In this document: positions 13,992-32,804 of the stretch, piece by piece | Numbering within the stretch: position 1 is the stretch's first letter | Layout of the letters: each line of letters opens with the position of its first letter | Assembly (NCBI RefSeq): GCF_006345805.1 | Contig: NC_043000.1 | Span: 151,342,001 to 151,406,000 of the forward strand | Direction: 5' to 3' | From: Octopus sinensis | Taxonomy: Eukaryota | Length of the DNA: 64,000 bases | Notes under the pieces: model-generated | The model's database searches: none | The model's input: only the letters and a program-made list of their open reading frames with translations | What the model was told of the DNA's origin: nothing | Translations under genes and position numbers: made by a program

Positions 13992-14551
13992 GATACATAG
14001 TATATACATATATACATACATTATATCTGCATGTGTGTGTTTGTGTGTGTGCGTGTGTGAGTGTGTGTGTATGGGCAAGTGTTTTCTACTATAGCCTCGG
14101 GCCGACCAAAGCCTTGTGAGAGATTTGGTAGACGGAAACTGAAAGAATCCCATCATATGTATATATATGTATACATTTAAGTGTGTCTTTGTGTCTGTAT
14201 TTGTCCTCCCACCATCGCTTGACAACCGATGTTGGTATGTTTACATCCCCGTAACTTAGCGGTTCGGCAAAAAGTAACCGATAGAATAAGTACTAGGCTT
14301 ACAAAGAATAAATCCTAGGGCCGATTTCTTCGGCTAAAACCCTTTAAGGCATTGCTACAGCATGGTCGCAGTCAAATGACTGAAGCAAGTAAAAACTAAA
14401 AGAATATGTGTGTGTGTGTGTGTGTGCGTGTGTGTGTGTGTGTGTGTGCGTGTGTGTGTGCGTGTGTGTGTATACTTATATATATGTATGTATGTATATA
14501 TATATATAATATATACATACACACACACACACGCGCACGCACATACACACA

Positions 14552-14599
<48 letters not shown>

Positions 14600-15160
14600 G
14601 ATACATAGTATATACATATATACATACATTATATCTGCATGTGTGTGTTTGTGTGTGTGCGTGTGTGAGTGTGTGTGTATGGGCAAGTGTTTTCTACTAT
14701 AGCCTCGGCCGACCAAAGCCTTGTGAGAGATTTGGTAGACGGAAACTGAAAGAATCCCATCATATGTATATATATGTATACATTTAAGTGTGTCTTTGTG
14801 TCTGTATTTGTCCTCCCACCATCGCTTGACAACCGATGTTGGTATGTTTACATCCCCGTAACTTAGCGGTTCGGCAAAAAGTAACCGATAGAATAAGTAC
14901 TAGGCTTACAAAGAATAAATCCTAGGGCCGATTTCTTCGGCTAAAACCCTTTAAGGCATTGCTACAGCATGGTCGCAGTCAAATGACTGAAGCAAGTAAA
15001 AACTAAAAGAATATGTGTGTGTGTGTGTGTGTGCGTGTGTGTGTGTGTGTGTGTGCGTGTGTGTGTGCGTGTGTGTGTATACTTATATATATGTATGTAT
15101 GTATATATATATATAATATATACATACACACACACACACGCGCACGCACATACACACACA

Positions 15161-15205
<45 letters not shown>
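13965..15205 (+). repeat. Near-identical 607-bp tandem duplication containing a 5'-truncated CORE-type SINE
   Basis: AGAATATGTG at 14401 and 15008; the SINE body is identical at 14072-14405 and 14679-15012 by eye. Confidence 0.9.
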
Positions 15206-15251
<46 letters not shown>

Positions 15252-16509
15252 TTGTCTGCGATGTTACTACTTCGCAATAGATTCCAGACAAAGTTTGAAA
15301 CTAAGAATTTCCCTAAATGTAAAGAGAATGTGTCAACCACTAATTCACCGCTGTCTTCGTCTATCAATGGTTATTCTTTGACACGAAAGAAATTAAGACT
15401 TTTCATATCAGAAGGCTAATCTTATCACCGACTCTAAAATAAATATCTAGAAATTAAACCCACACACATACAAAAAAAAAAAAAAATTTAAAGGACTAAA
15501 AAAGAAAAGGAAAAGAAAAATATCAAAATCTACGGTAAATGCTTACAACTGCCCACTTTATCGCCGGAAAATTTCTTTGACCCCTATTTTAAAATTGTTC
15601 ATCCTAAAATCTTCAAGAAAACAAAATGTATCCTAAGGCTACGAAATTTTCGACTAATTTGCAATTATGTTTTTAAGGAAACATTTTCTTTATTTATAAT
15701 TTCAAACTGTCTCTGTGACCCTCATTTCTATCTATCAAGATCCCCTATCCATTGTAGGCAGTGATTGGTTTACAGATTTCCTTTACTCTAAACCCTCGAC
15801 CTGGTCGTTTGATGTCACAAGATATTTTGCGTACGAAACCTTAATAGCAGAACCTCTTCTCTCGGTGTAATTACGATGAGACTAATTAAAGCAACAGACA
15901 TTTGCTATTGAAAAAAAAATGTAAAATAACAGCTTTTCTGGCCTTCTATTAAACAATCTTGTTAAGGATTATGCTTCACTACCCTCATTCTTTCGCAGAT
16001 TTCGAAATTACTCGTCAAGCTCCTTACCTACATCTTATTCTCTCAACCCTGTTCTGCTAAATCTCGCACTTGCAGGCTGTTAGTGAAGATCCCCTATTTT
16101 TAAAACAACCGAGCATTTCTTAATTTTATTTTTCTAAGATCAATCGCTAACCTTTCTTCCCATTCTACCAGCTTACTCCATTCTTTTCTTTCACTTTACC
16201 TCCACTTTACTTTCGACTGATGTTATGTTTCCATTAATTGTTTTGTTTTTGTTTCATTTTTCATACACTGAATGTGGTCTTGACTACCAAATTCCTACGA
16301 TGCCTGGTCATTGACACAGAAACATCGACAAGAGTCTCTCCCAAAGATAAATTCTTTATTTATTTACTGGTGACGTATAATGGATGTTGATATTTGCTTT
16401 GTGTTTTAGAAACGGAGACAATTGCGTTTTGCCAAGGCTTTTGTTACAGCAATTGTAATTAGAAGCGATTTTTTGAAAGAAGACATGATTCAAAGGTTCT
16501 CAACAGAAC

Positions 16510-16990
16510 TGCCACAACCACTATCACGACCATTACACCACTTTCACCACCACCACCACCGCTACTGCCACCGCCGCCGCCGCCACTATCACAACTACCA
16601 CCGCTATCACCATAATGTTTTTCACCCCCACCCCCACCCCCACTACTTCGCGAAAGATCGCGACTACCACCTCTACCACAATAACCTCCACCTCCTTCAC
16701 CTCGAACACCATTAACACCACGCCTTTACTCCTGAACATTGACCTAGCCTCCTACACCTATCACCTTCGCTACCAACTAACAACAATAACAACAATTGCT
16801 GCTGCTGCTACTACTACTACTACCACTACTACTACAACTACTACTACTACTGCTACTGCGACGGCAACAAAAATCACACACCACTAATAACACCACCATC
16901 TTCACGCTGAAACGTCACGGCGACCATCATCACCACGACAGCAGCAAGTAACAAAACCAGGAACAAGCACGAACACTCACCGCAACGACA
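16510..16990. repeat. (CAC/ACC/ACT)n low-complexity tract
   Basis: Trinucleotide runs; the His- and Thr-rich ORFs here are by-products. Confidence 0.85.
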
Positions 16991-17039
16991 GCAGCCATTA
17001 TAAATGAGGGAAAAATTAAAGTGAGGTTCGAGTACATTG

Positions 17040-17263
17040 CTTTGCTCTTTCCTTCCTTCCTTCCTTCTCTCTCTCTTCCTCCCTTTCTTTCTTTCCTTAT
17101 TTCTTTATTTCCTTCTTTCTTTCCTTCTTTCTTTCTTTCGTTTTCAATTACTTTTTCACTTCTAATTTTTCTTTCTACTTCTTGCTTCTCTTTCTCTTTC
17201 TCTCTCTCACTCTGTTCCTCCCTCTCTCTCTTCTCTCTCTCTCTCTCCCTATTTATATATATT

Positions 17264-17298
<35 letters not shown>

Positions 17299-17488
17299 TG
17301 AGAAAGAGAGAGAGAGAGAAAGAAAGAGAGAAGTGAAAGAGCATATATACATACATGCACATATACATATGTGCGTGCGCACGCCTGTGTGTATGTGTGT
17401 ATGGTGTGTATGTACATATGTATGAATGTATGTATGTATGTATGTATGTATGTATGTATCTGTGTATGTGTATGTGTGTGTATATATG

Positions 17489-17524
<36 letters not shown>

Positions 17525-19035
17525 TATATATATGTATGTGTGTATGTATGTATGTATGTATGTATGTATATATGTATGTGTGTATGTATGTATGTATGTA
17601 TGTATGTATGTATGTATGTATGTATGTATGTATGTATATATTTCCTATTTCATTAGGACTTCCTCTTTCTTGCTTATCGCTACGTTTTCCCTGTAACACA
17701 CTTCTCTGTCACCCTCTCACTATCTTTTTGTCTCTTTATCTCTCCCATCTCTCTCCCAATTTACTCCTCACTTCCTTCCTCTCCCCGTATCCTTTATACT
17801 TCTCTCTAATTTTTCTACTTTCAGTTTCACTTCCACTCTTGTTTTGCTTTCAATTTATATTTTGTTCTCTATTAATCTTCCTCTCCCCAACCCCTTTTTT
17901 TTTACAAACCTTTCCTTTCGTTCTATTTTGTCTTTTTTTTTGTCTTTCTTCATTTTAACCCCTCCTTTCTTTCAATTCATTCTCTCTATTTACTATTTCT
18001 CTCCCTATCTCCTTCTCTCATAAATTTTATCTCTCTCTCTCTCTTTCATTTTTCTATCTTTATTCTCATTTATTTTTCTCATTTCTTTTCTTCTTATGGT
18101 TCCACTTCACTTTTTTCTTCACCGGTTCATTCATTTACTCTTATATTTCTTTTGTATTTTATTCGTTGTTTTTCGTTCCTTTTTTCTTTCTTTCTACTTT
18201 CATTTCACCTTTTCCATTCTTTCCCTTTTCTTTCAATTCATTCATGTAATTATTCTTTCACTCATTTCAGTTTTTCACAATTTTCTTCCTGCTTTTTCTA
18301 CACGTTCTCCTTCCTTCATTTTTCTCCAATATTTCAATTTTTCTTCACATTTTCGTTCTATCTTTTCTTTCCATTTTCTTTTCTATTTTTCTTCACATTT
18401 TGCTTCCTTTCCTTTTTCACATTTTTCCTCTTTTTCTTTTTATCAAATTATCCTTCCATTTGCTCCTCATTTTCATCCCTTCCGTTTTTAGCTTCTTTCT
18501 TTCATCTTCCCATTACATTTTCATTCCATATTTTCTTTTTCATATTTTTCGTTTCTTTCTTCACATTTTCCTTCCTCCCCATTTCTTTCTTTTCTTTACT
18601 TTCCTTCTTTCCTTTCGTCAAACATTTCTTTTTTTTTTTTCACATTCTTCTGTACTTTCTTCCCATTTTCCCTTCCTTCACATTTTCCTTCAATTTTTTC
18701 ACGTTTTCTTCATTTTCTTCACGTTTTCTTTCCTTCCGTCCTTCACTTTCTTTTTCCTCCTTCCTTCACATTTTTCTTCTCTTCCTTCTTTCACATTTTT
18801 CTTTTCAAGATATTTTTCACACATTTCCTTCATTTCTCTTACATTACCTTAATTTCTTCACATTTTCTTTTCTGCTTTTATTCACATTTCTACTTTCACT
18901 TTCACATTATTTTTTCTTCGTTTCTTCATTTTTCCTTCCGTCTTTTCTTCCATTTTTATATTCATTCTCTTTTTACATTCGCCTATTTTTGTTTTCTCAT
19001 TCGTTTCCCTTTCTTTCCCTCTTTCTTTTCCTTTC
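17040..19035. repeat. About 2 kb of mostly polypyrimidine sequence (+ strand), interrupted by (GA)n/(TATG)n at 17260-17640
   Basis: G is nearly absent over 17650-19030; TTCACATTTT recurs. Confidence 0.9.
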
Positions 19036-19199
19036 TCTGTCTTTCAGTCAGAGTGAAGGAAGCGCTTTGATTTAATACGACGCCTTCACCCTGGTTCACT
19101 TCTCTTAACCACCAAGTTCTAGATTTATGCTTTTTATGAATCAGTCTTTACTACTGTGAACCCTTCTTCCTGCTTCCGTGTATGTAGTGGTTGAGTGGG

Positions 19200-24130
<4,931 letters not shown>

Positions 24131-24656
24131 TTGCTCCGCTTTTGTCTTCCTTTTCACTGAAAAGTCAGTTTTCAAACACCGATTCAAACTCTGTTTACTG
24201 AGACATAGAGAGACGGAACCTCTTGCAAGATATATTTATGTGAAGAGGTTTCTTGAGATGCCATGTTGTTCAGATCCAAAGTGCGCTTTTCTGACCAACT
24301 CTGAACAAGAGAGCGTTCTTTTAAACTTTTTTCTTTCATTCTTTGTCTTTTTCTTCTCCCCCCCCCTCCTGCTCTCCATCAACTAATGACCCAGCATCTC
24401 ATTCTTCATGCGGGGCATGAACTATGTGTGTTTAGAGAAATTATTCAATTGATAGGTTAATTAAAAACGAATGGCAGATCTTACATGTAGGGTGGCAATG
24501 AAAGTGGTGGTTGGTGGTGGTGGGCTGATTTAAACGAAGGAATTTCAATTATTGCAGGAGGTGAGGAGAGAGAAAGAGAAAAGAGATTTGAGAGACTGTG
24601 GGGTAAGAAAGTTAAATTGTTAAACGCTAGTGTTAGTAATATTCAGTTAAAATATG

Positions 24657-24860
24657 GCGGCGAGCTGACAGAAAAGTTGGCGCGCCGTAACGGCATTTCG
24701 TCCATCTTTACGTTCCAAGTTCAAATTCCACCGAGGTCGACTTTGTCTTTCATCCTTTTGGGGTTGATAAAATAAGTACCATTCAAGTACTTGGATCAAT
24801 TACATAAACCCTCTCCCACGAAATTTCTGCCCTTGTGCCGAAATTTGAAACCAATATTCA
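24657..24860 (+). mobile_element. Older Deu/Nin-type SINE
   Basis: GGCGGCGAGCTGACAG head; GAGGTCGACTTTGTCTTTCATCC core. Confidence 0.7.
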
Positions 24861-25074
24861 GTTGAAATATAAAAATGGGTTGGCAGAATGCATATAACTC
24901 CATTCTTCGAGTTCTCTCGTTCTGAATTCAAAAACGTGCGAGATCAATTTTGCCCCTCATCTTTCCGGGGTCGATAAAATCATGCACTAGTCATGTACTC
25001 GGGTTGATTTTGTCGACTGTTTCTTTTCCAAATTATGGAATTATGTCAATGTTAAAACCAAAATTATATTTTTA

Positions 25075-25271
25075 TCGTTTACTTGTTTCAATCATTGCAC
25101 TGTGACCATGCTTGAGCACCGTCTTCAGTTTTTAGTCGACTTCAGTACTTTTCTTTTTAAGTCTGGTACTTACTGGTTACTTTTGCCGAACCGCAAATGC
25201 ACGGGAAGGCAAACAATCTAACACCGACTGGCAAGTGGCGTAGGGAGGCAAACACAAATACAAAGACCCAT

Positions 25272-25275
<4 letters not shown>
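25075..25275 (-). mobile_element. CORE-type SINE tail fragment
   Basis: TTTACTTGTTTCAATCATTG..GCCGAACCGC matches the family tail. Confidence 0.65.
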
Positions 25276-25308
<33 letters not shown>

Positions 25309-25703
25309 TAGAAAGAGAGTGAGAGAGACGGACAAACAAACAGGCAGATAGATAGAAAATAGTTTCCGTCTCCCAAATTAATTACATTAATCGAAAATTT
25401 AAAAAAAAAATGAAGCAATGGGTGGGACGAAGCGTGCCATATTTAGCTTCCACCCTGTATATTCTGGGTTCAAAATCTGCCACAGTAGATTGAGTCCTCC
25501 TGTAACAATACACGTAGAACAAAAAAAGAAGTACTATGAATTGGAGCCGATTCAATCGAGGTATGTGTGGCTCAGTTTAAGCAATAAAATATTAATTGTA
25601 TGAAAATGATGTTATCTAAATTACTCTGATATTTGAACATGTGGAACGACTCTGAATACGCTTTGCACATTCTATTTAGTACATTGAGTGTCTTTAACAA
25701 TAA

Positions 25704-26088
25704 CTAGCAGTATCGCCCGGCGTTGCTCGGGTTTGTTTCGCCCCTTTAGAATTGGAATTTTTGAAAAGTAAAAAGTTTTCATTATGTAGCTTGTTATTCT
25801 CTTTAAGTGAACATTTTTCTGTTCCGAAATATGGCGACACAGCAGTCAAAAAATCGTTAAAAAAATAGGGATTTTCATAGAAAAAAAGCACCTTTTTGAT
25901 GTAAATAATTTTTGGTGTTAACATGGTCCGATTTGAATTTTTTCTTCTACGGAAGGAAGTGCAAGCCTTCTTCTATCATACTCTCAATTTTGGTCAACTT
26001 GCGCCGCAGGGTCTCGGAGGAGATAGTGCTAGTTGAAGGCTACCAAACCTGCCATACACAGACAACTTCAGCTTTATATAGAGAGAGA
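25704..26088 (-). mobile_element. Complete non-autonomous Helitron-like element
   Basis: Minus strand reads A|TCTCTCTCTATATAAAG ... CCCGAGCAACGCCGGG hairpin ... CTAG|T; no TSD; sits between A and T. Confidence 0.85.
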
Positions 26089-27061
26089 TTAAAAAATCAC
26101 TTAGAGCGCTGAAATGGCTGGACTGTAGAACATTAAACCGTTTCAACAATATCTAGTTACGTCCCTTTATAGTTTGAATTGAAACAAATCCTACCAGAGT
26201 CTACTTAACTTTTCAGCCTTCCGGTCATGCAAAATACCATTTAAACGATGATGGTTTTTTCCATCAGTTTAGATGGTAGGTATTCAGTTGTTCTATCAAT
26301 TGAGCTGCCTACGTATGAGTTAAATCTACGTAGAAGTGTCTATTTGACAGACACGTACACCCTTAACCCTTTGCCTGTCCAAAGCATTTTCATAAGTTTG
26401 TCCTAAACGTCCATGCTCCTTATCAGGCTTTTAGTCAGCCGTTGTGTCATACGTTCTTAGTAATATAAAGCTTTCATTTCGTAAGTTCCAGGTTACTGTG
26501 TTGGCTGAAAAAAAGATTGAGAATGTGTATCGTATATGATGCATTGACACCAGGGAAGTGTGTCCTCTATATCACGTGATACACAAGACAAGCAAAGAAT
26601 TTACGTAATTCTCGGTCAGAACGAGAATGACTAAATATGTGTCAAGACTGGAATTCTGAAATATAGGTACAATCGACCCACCGGACTCCCTCATCCTAGG
26701 TTCGAGTCGACCTGAGGTAATGGTAAAGGACACTTGCCAAAGATACCATGCAGTGGAATCGAACTCGGGACTTTGTGATTACGAGGCGAGCTTCTCATCC
26801 ACTCAGCTATGGCCTGCACTTATACTATGAATATACTCGACTCTACTTAATCGACTAACAATACCCTATGTGCGTATGTATGAACCTATTTACACTTACA
26901 ACACTTAACAGCAGATGCTGGTTGCTTCTTTACAGTGAGTTGACGGTCCGAGAAATGAATATCGTTACAATAGTAACAGATTCAAAAATAAAGAAATGGG
27001 GTCGATATAACTGACCAAATACCTGATGGCAGTACCATGAAACCAATAATAGAATAATATA

Positions 27062-27627
27062 TTGGGTTGTCCGGAAAGTTCGTGCTGATTTATAGTAGCT
27101 TACCTTTCGACTTATTTTAGAACATAGTTGAGTCCATAAAATGGGATTTGACTACACCTCCATTTAGAGCACAGTTTAAGCTATCTTTTCGTGAGAGAAG
27201 GTTTATGTTCCTATAACCTGTGTTAATTCTGTAACCCTTTAAAATGGAAGATAAGAAAGTTCATTTTCGGCACTTGATGCTTTGGGAACCAGACAAAAAT
27301 TGCTGCAGCTCAGCTGGGATGTGTTACCCCACCCTCCATATTCACCAGATGTTGCTCCTTCGTATTTCCACTTATTCAGGTCTCTGCAGAATAGTCTTAA
27401 TGGTAAAAATTTCAATTCCTTGGATGACGTAAAAAGATACCTTGATGAATTCTTTGCCATAAAACCACCTCAATTCTGGGAAGAGGGTATTTTCAAGATA
27501 AAGGAAAGATGGAAACGCATTATGCAACAAAATGGTTCATGTTTGGTTGATTAAAAATGTAATGGCAATTATTTATTGACCTTTTTCTTTCCTTTAAAAA
27601 TCGGCACCAACTTTCCGGACAACCCAA
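27062..27627 (+). mobile_element. Internally deleted mariner (566 bp) with TA TSD
   Basis: 30-bp TIR TTGGGTTGTCCGGAAAGTT(C/G)GTGC(T/C)GATTT with 2 mismatches; MEDKKVHFRHLMLWE (from 27244) fused at ~27288 to WDVLPHPPYSPDVAPSYFHLFRSL..QQNGSCLVD*; the YSPDLAPSD motif has D replaced by Y. Confidence 0.93.
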
Positions 27628-29084
27628 TACTTCAAGCAGTGCATACATTATAAAGTCATTTCTAAAATATAAAGACATACTTCTAAATATTACGTGTATC
27701 ATAAAGATATTCCAAAAGCTCTAAAGACATAGCTCAAAATAGTATATGCACTATATGGGATATATATGAAAATGTTTATAAAATATATAGGTATAGCGCA
27801 AAATAACACAAACATTTCTCAAAACATAAAGACATACTCTTAAATAATAGATTACAAAGTTACTTCTAAAACATACGGATAGCTAATAGTTTCCGAATCA
27901 GTACGCTCCAACTTATCTGGCACTCATCCCCAGCTGCCGCTTCATTAAGCGAATGGAAGAAAATATTCAATAGTGTGGGAAGTTGGTCTATTGCAAGAAA
28001 GCTTGTTTCCCTATAAGGAAATTTGAGCTAAACAATCACTTGTAATATCAAAAGTACTGTTTCTGCTTCGGATGGTGAGTTGCTCAAACTATAATTCATA
28101 ATGTTGGATGAAAATCTGTTGTTGCTACTTTTGATCGAGTAGACCTATATTCAAAAGCATTCTAGCCGTGACCATTCCATATTTTTAAAGGTACAATATA
28201 TTCATGAAATGAGGGCGATTAGGCTACTTACTAGCAAGACTAGCGACCTTGTATCGACTTTCTCGTGAGCTTATTAGTTAAGAAGTCTTGATTAATTAAA
28301 GTTATAATATTTACTATATTAAATTAAATTAGTGTTTCTTCTACTATTTGGGGTGATTTAAGTTCCTAGCCACGGACTCAACGTAGTATCTAGAGGACCT
28401 TACGAACTCTAGATATCACAGCTACTTTTATACTGTTTTATCCTCTCGGTCATCCGCATTTTCTCCAAAAATATCAACGTAAACTGAGATAAAATTACAT
28501 GGTTTTTGCAACCACTACTGTCCAAGGCTACAACTAATTTAATACTCTAAGTTGCACATAATTATATAATGAACCACCCATCATTTATTTAATATCCCTG
28601 CCGCTTACAATGAGAAATTTTTAAAAAATATTTTACAAATCAAACAAAAAAAGGTGAATATATATATTTGGAAGGTTATTATATTGTGGTGCACCTCAAC
28701 TCTTTGTTATATTCTCTGGACACAAAACCAATATATTTTACAAATAAGAGGAAATTAGATTTCGTAATATTAATTACTCTCCGATTAGGATCAGCAATGT
28801 CAGAAATGAGAACCCGTATCAACCATGAACCGTGACCTTTCTAGAAATAGCCGCCTAAAAAGGGAAGAACACAGTGCATTGTGTAGTCCCTAATTCACTA
28901 TCTAAAAAGTGATCGGAGGATTGCAGCTGGAACCATCGCAGTTTATCATAAATCTCTTTAAATCAGAACCAACGTGGGCTTAACCAACAAGGATAATGAC
29001 AAAAAAACATAACCCTATGTTTTGTGGTTCGCTAAGAGCTTGAAAAGTAGAATCAAATATATCTTTCTCTTTTATATTTACATA

Positions 29085-29285
29085 TTTCAGTTATTGAACT
29101 GCGGTTATGCTGGGGTACCGGTTTAAAGGGTTTATTCGAACAAATCGTCTCCAGTACTTACTTTTTTAAAAATGAGATACTTATTCTATCGGGCTCTTTG
29201 CCGATCCGTTATGTTACAGGGACGTAAACAAACCAACATCGATTGTCAAACAAACACAAAACATACAAACGTATACAACACACAC
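29085..29285 (-). mobile_element. CORE-type SINE tail fragment
   Basis: CTTATTCTATCGGGCTCTTTGCCGATCCG..CATCGATTGTCAA. Confidence 0.6.
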
Positions 29286-29296
29286 AAACACGCACG

Positions 29297-29346
<50 letters not shown>

Positions 29347-29384
29347 ACACACGCACACACACACACACACACGGACTTCCATAC

Positions 29385-30007
29385 AGTGTAGCAGAGAATG
29401 CTATCTCTACGAACGACATAAAGGCAGTGTTGTCAAAGTAGCAGTATGTTTCTGAATTTGTAGTAATATATCCTGAAAAAGTAGCTACAGGTCGTGCAGC
29501 GGCCTTATCTAATGACACTGCTCTGGCATATTTTTGTAACATTTTGAAAGGCAGGATAAAGCAGACTTCTCTCGATATGTTTCTAATGAAACAACCTGCA
29601 AGCGTAAAAAATGAAGTAAATGTGCCCAAAAAGCCTAAATTAAGCGAAGTGAGAAAGAAAAAGCTTGAAATTGTCCTTCCTGAAGGAGAATCTCCTTCCA
29701 AACAATAATCCTCCTCTTCCTCGCTCCATCGTTTTCCTCGAGCACAAATCGTAATTCAGTTAGTATAACCAGTTTACATATTTCTTTTGCGTTCTCCTTT
29801 TTATAATTGTCATTTTACTTGTAACTACACTTTTTTCTGTTTTAAAACCCGTAAAAAATTATTTTTGAGCGATTTGGTGGAGCACTGGAACAGATTAATT
29901 ATATTTTAGTAAATTTCAGTGAGGAAAATTGATTTGTAAAACGTGTAAACCAAGTAAGACGAGCTCGGTCATGAAACGAATTAGACTCGTACTGCGAGTT
30001 ATCACTG
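29385..30007 (+). mobile_element. Tigger/pogo transposon 3' fragment
   Basis: EFVVIYPEKVATGRAAALSNDTALAYFCNILKGRIKQTSLDMFL..EGESPSKQ* (stop at 29708) resembles TIGD1-like C-termini; ends CGAGTTATCACTG|TA. Confidence 0.8.
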
Positions 30008-30309
30008 TACTATGTTATTTGTTAAATTATCTCTGTGAAGAGAGTTAAACAAAAATTACGAACAGAGAAAACATGAGCGACTGAAATACTAAGTCGTTCT
30101 GACAACTAGATTGAGAGAAGTGTTTCACATCATTAAGTTTCTCCATAAACAAATTGCAAGTCAGAAAATTTACATGAAGTGTATAATTTAAATATTACAT
30201 CCTGTTTCATCTGCTCTGCTTTTTGAAACGCTTTCAAAAACGTATATAGAGACAGAATATCAGATGACTGATGACTGAGTTATTACTATATATTTACCAT
30301 GTTGCAAAA

Positions 30310-30660
30310 CCGTTGGAAGAGCGGTTTGTACATCATCATCGTCATCGTCGTCGTCGTCGTCGTCATCACCACCACCACCACAACCACCATGATCATCACT
30401 GTCATCGTCATTAACAACATCCTCTTCCTCCTCATCATCCTCGTCGTCGTGATCGTCAATGTCACTATCGTCATCGCTCTAATGTTCCCTGTTCCACGCT
30501 TGTATGGGTCGGACAGAAATTCTTTGAGGCTGATTTTCTGCAGTCGGGTGCCCTTCTTGTTGCCAACCCTCGCCCGTGACCGGACATATTTTCACGGAAC
30601 ATTGGAAACGCATGATGACATCACTTGCATGATGACACTCGTTTACAAATATTGCGCGAT
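30310..30660 (-). mobile_element. Probable SINE/RTE-type 3' fragment with (GAT/GAC)n tail
   Basis: A (CAT/CGT)n run is followed by TTCCACGCTTGTATGGGTCGGAC..GGGTGCCCTTCTTGTTGCCAACC. Confidence 0.4.
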
Positions 30661-30727
30661 CTCAAGACAAGGGATGCAGACACACACACACACACACACA
30701 CACGCACGCACACACACACGCACACAC

Positions 30728-30760
<33 letters not shown>

Positions 30761-30769
30761 GATACACAT

Positions 30770-31685
30770 ACGCACGTACATACATGCATGCATACATACA
30801 TACATTCATTCATTCATTCATACATACATACATACATACGTACGTACGTACGTACATACATACATACATACATACGTACGCACGTACGTACGTACATACA
30901 TACATACATACATACATACGTACGTACGTACGTACGTACGTACATACATACATACATACATACATACATACGTACATACATGCATTCACACATACATACA
31001 TACATACATACATACATACATACATACATACGTACGTACGTACGTACGTACATACATACATACATACATAATACGTACGTACGTACGTACGTACATACAT
31101 ACATACATACATACATGCATTCACACATACATACATACATACATACATACATACATACATACATACATACATACATACATACATACATACATACGTACGT
31201 ACGTACGTACATACATACATACATACATACATACATGCATTCACACATACATACATACATACATACATACATACATACATGCATTCACACATACATACAT
31301 ACATACATACATACACACATACATACATGCATTCACACATACATACATACATACATACATGCATTCACACATACATACATACATACATACATACATACAT
31401 ACATGCATTCACACATACATACATACATACATACATACATACATACATACATACGTACGTACGTACGTACGTACGTACATACATACATACATACATACAT
31501 ACATACATTCACACATACATACATACATACATACATACACACATACATTCACACATACATACATACATACATACATACATACACACATACATTCACACAT
31601 ACATACATACATACATACACACATACATACATACATACATACATACATACATACATACATACATACATACATACATACATACATT
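30770..31685. repeat. About 0.9 kb (ATAC)n array with GTAC and ATGCATTCACAC variants
   Basis: Directly visible. Confidence 0.95.
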
Positions 31686-31854
31686 GATGTATGTCAAAAT
31701 AGTTGGTTCTCTCTCTCTCGCTCACACACACACACACATACACATACACACATTCATACATATTATACACATAAACGTATTTATATACGTGTGTGTGCAT
31801 GTGTGTGTGAGAGAGAGAGAGAAAGAGAGAGAGTGTGTGTGTATATATTCTTTT

Positions 31855-32085
31855 ATTCTTTTGCTTGTTTCAGTCATTTGAAGAAATCAACCCCAGGACT
31901 TATTCTTTGTAAGCCTAGTTCTTATTTTGTCGCTCTCTTTTGTCGAAACGTTAAGTTACGGGGTCAGATACACATCAACATCGGTTGTCAAGCGATGGAG
32001 GGGGAATATATATACGACGGGCTTCTTTCATTTTCCGTCTACCAAATCCATTCATAACGTTCTGATCGGCCCGAGGCTATATATA
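31855..32085 (-). mobile_element. CORE-type SINE fragment
   Basis: TTGTTTCAGTCATTTG..CGGCCCGAGGCTATA. Confidence 0.7.
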
Positions 32086-32279
32086 TGAGCATGTGTGCAT
32101 ATATATATATATAAGAATAAGGAGCTATTTTTAGCACTAGAGTTAACCACTTAGCGGTAACTCTCTTATATTTAAGTATAAATTTGTATTGTCTCCCTGG
32201 TTTTTTATGTGCTAAGCCACTTGGTGTTAAACTGATGGTATTATTAAATTAATATCTAATTTTTCACCCTCATTTATGA

Positions 32280-32356
<77 letters not shown>

Positions 32357-32419
32357 TATATATATATACATACCTAGATGTACACTCACACACCTACACA
32401 CACGTAAAAATAAATAAAT

Positions 32420-32507
<88 letters not shown>

Positions 32508-32520
32508 ATGTATGTACGTG

Positions 32521-32648
32521 GGCGCAGGAGTAGCTGTGTGGCCTTACCGACCACATGGTTCCGGGTAAGCCCTTGGGCAAGTGTCTTCTGGTATAGCCTC
32601 GGGCCGACCAAAGCCTTGTGAGCAGACGAAAACCGACAGAAGCCCGTC

Positions 32649-32650
<2 letters not shown>
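32521..32650 (+). mobile_element. CORE-type SINE head
   Basis: GGCGCAGGAGTAGCTGTGTGG..CCTTGGGCAAGTG. Confidence 0.75.
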
Positions 32651-32685
<35 letters not shown>

Positions 32686-32804
32686 GGGGGGGGGTTAGAC
32701 TGTATGTGTTGATGTGTATAAATATTTATAATATCTACATATATTTACATATACGGTAAAGTTATTGATTTCAAATTTTGAAACAAAGATAGTAATTTTG
32801 AGGC

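Noticed and set aside
16422-16887. His-rich and Thr-rich ORFs
   Set aside because: (CAC/ACT)n low complexity with no splice or domain support.
18096-19075. 307-aa Phe/Leu/Ser-rich ORF resembling a membrane protein
   Set aside because: By-product of a polypyrimidine strand that contains few stop codons.
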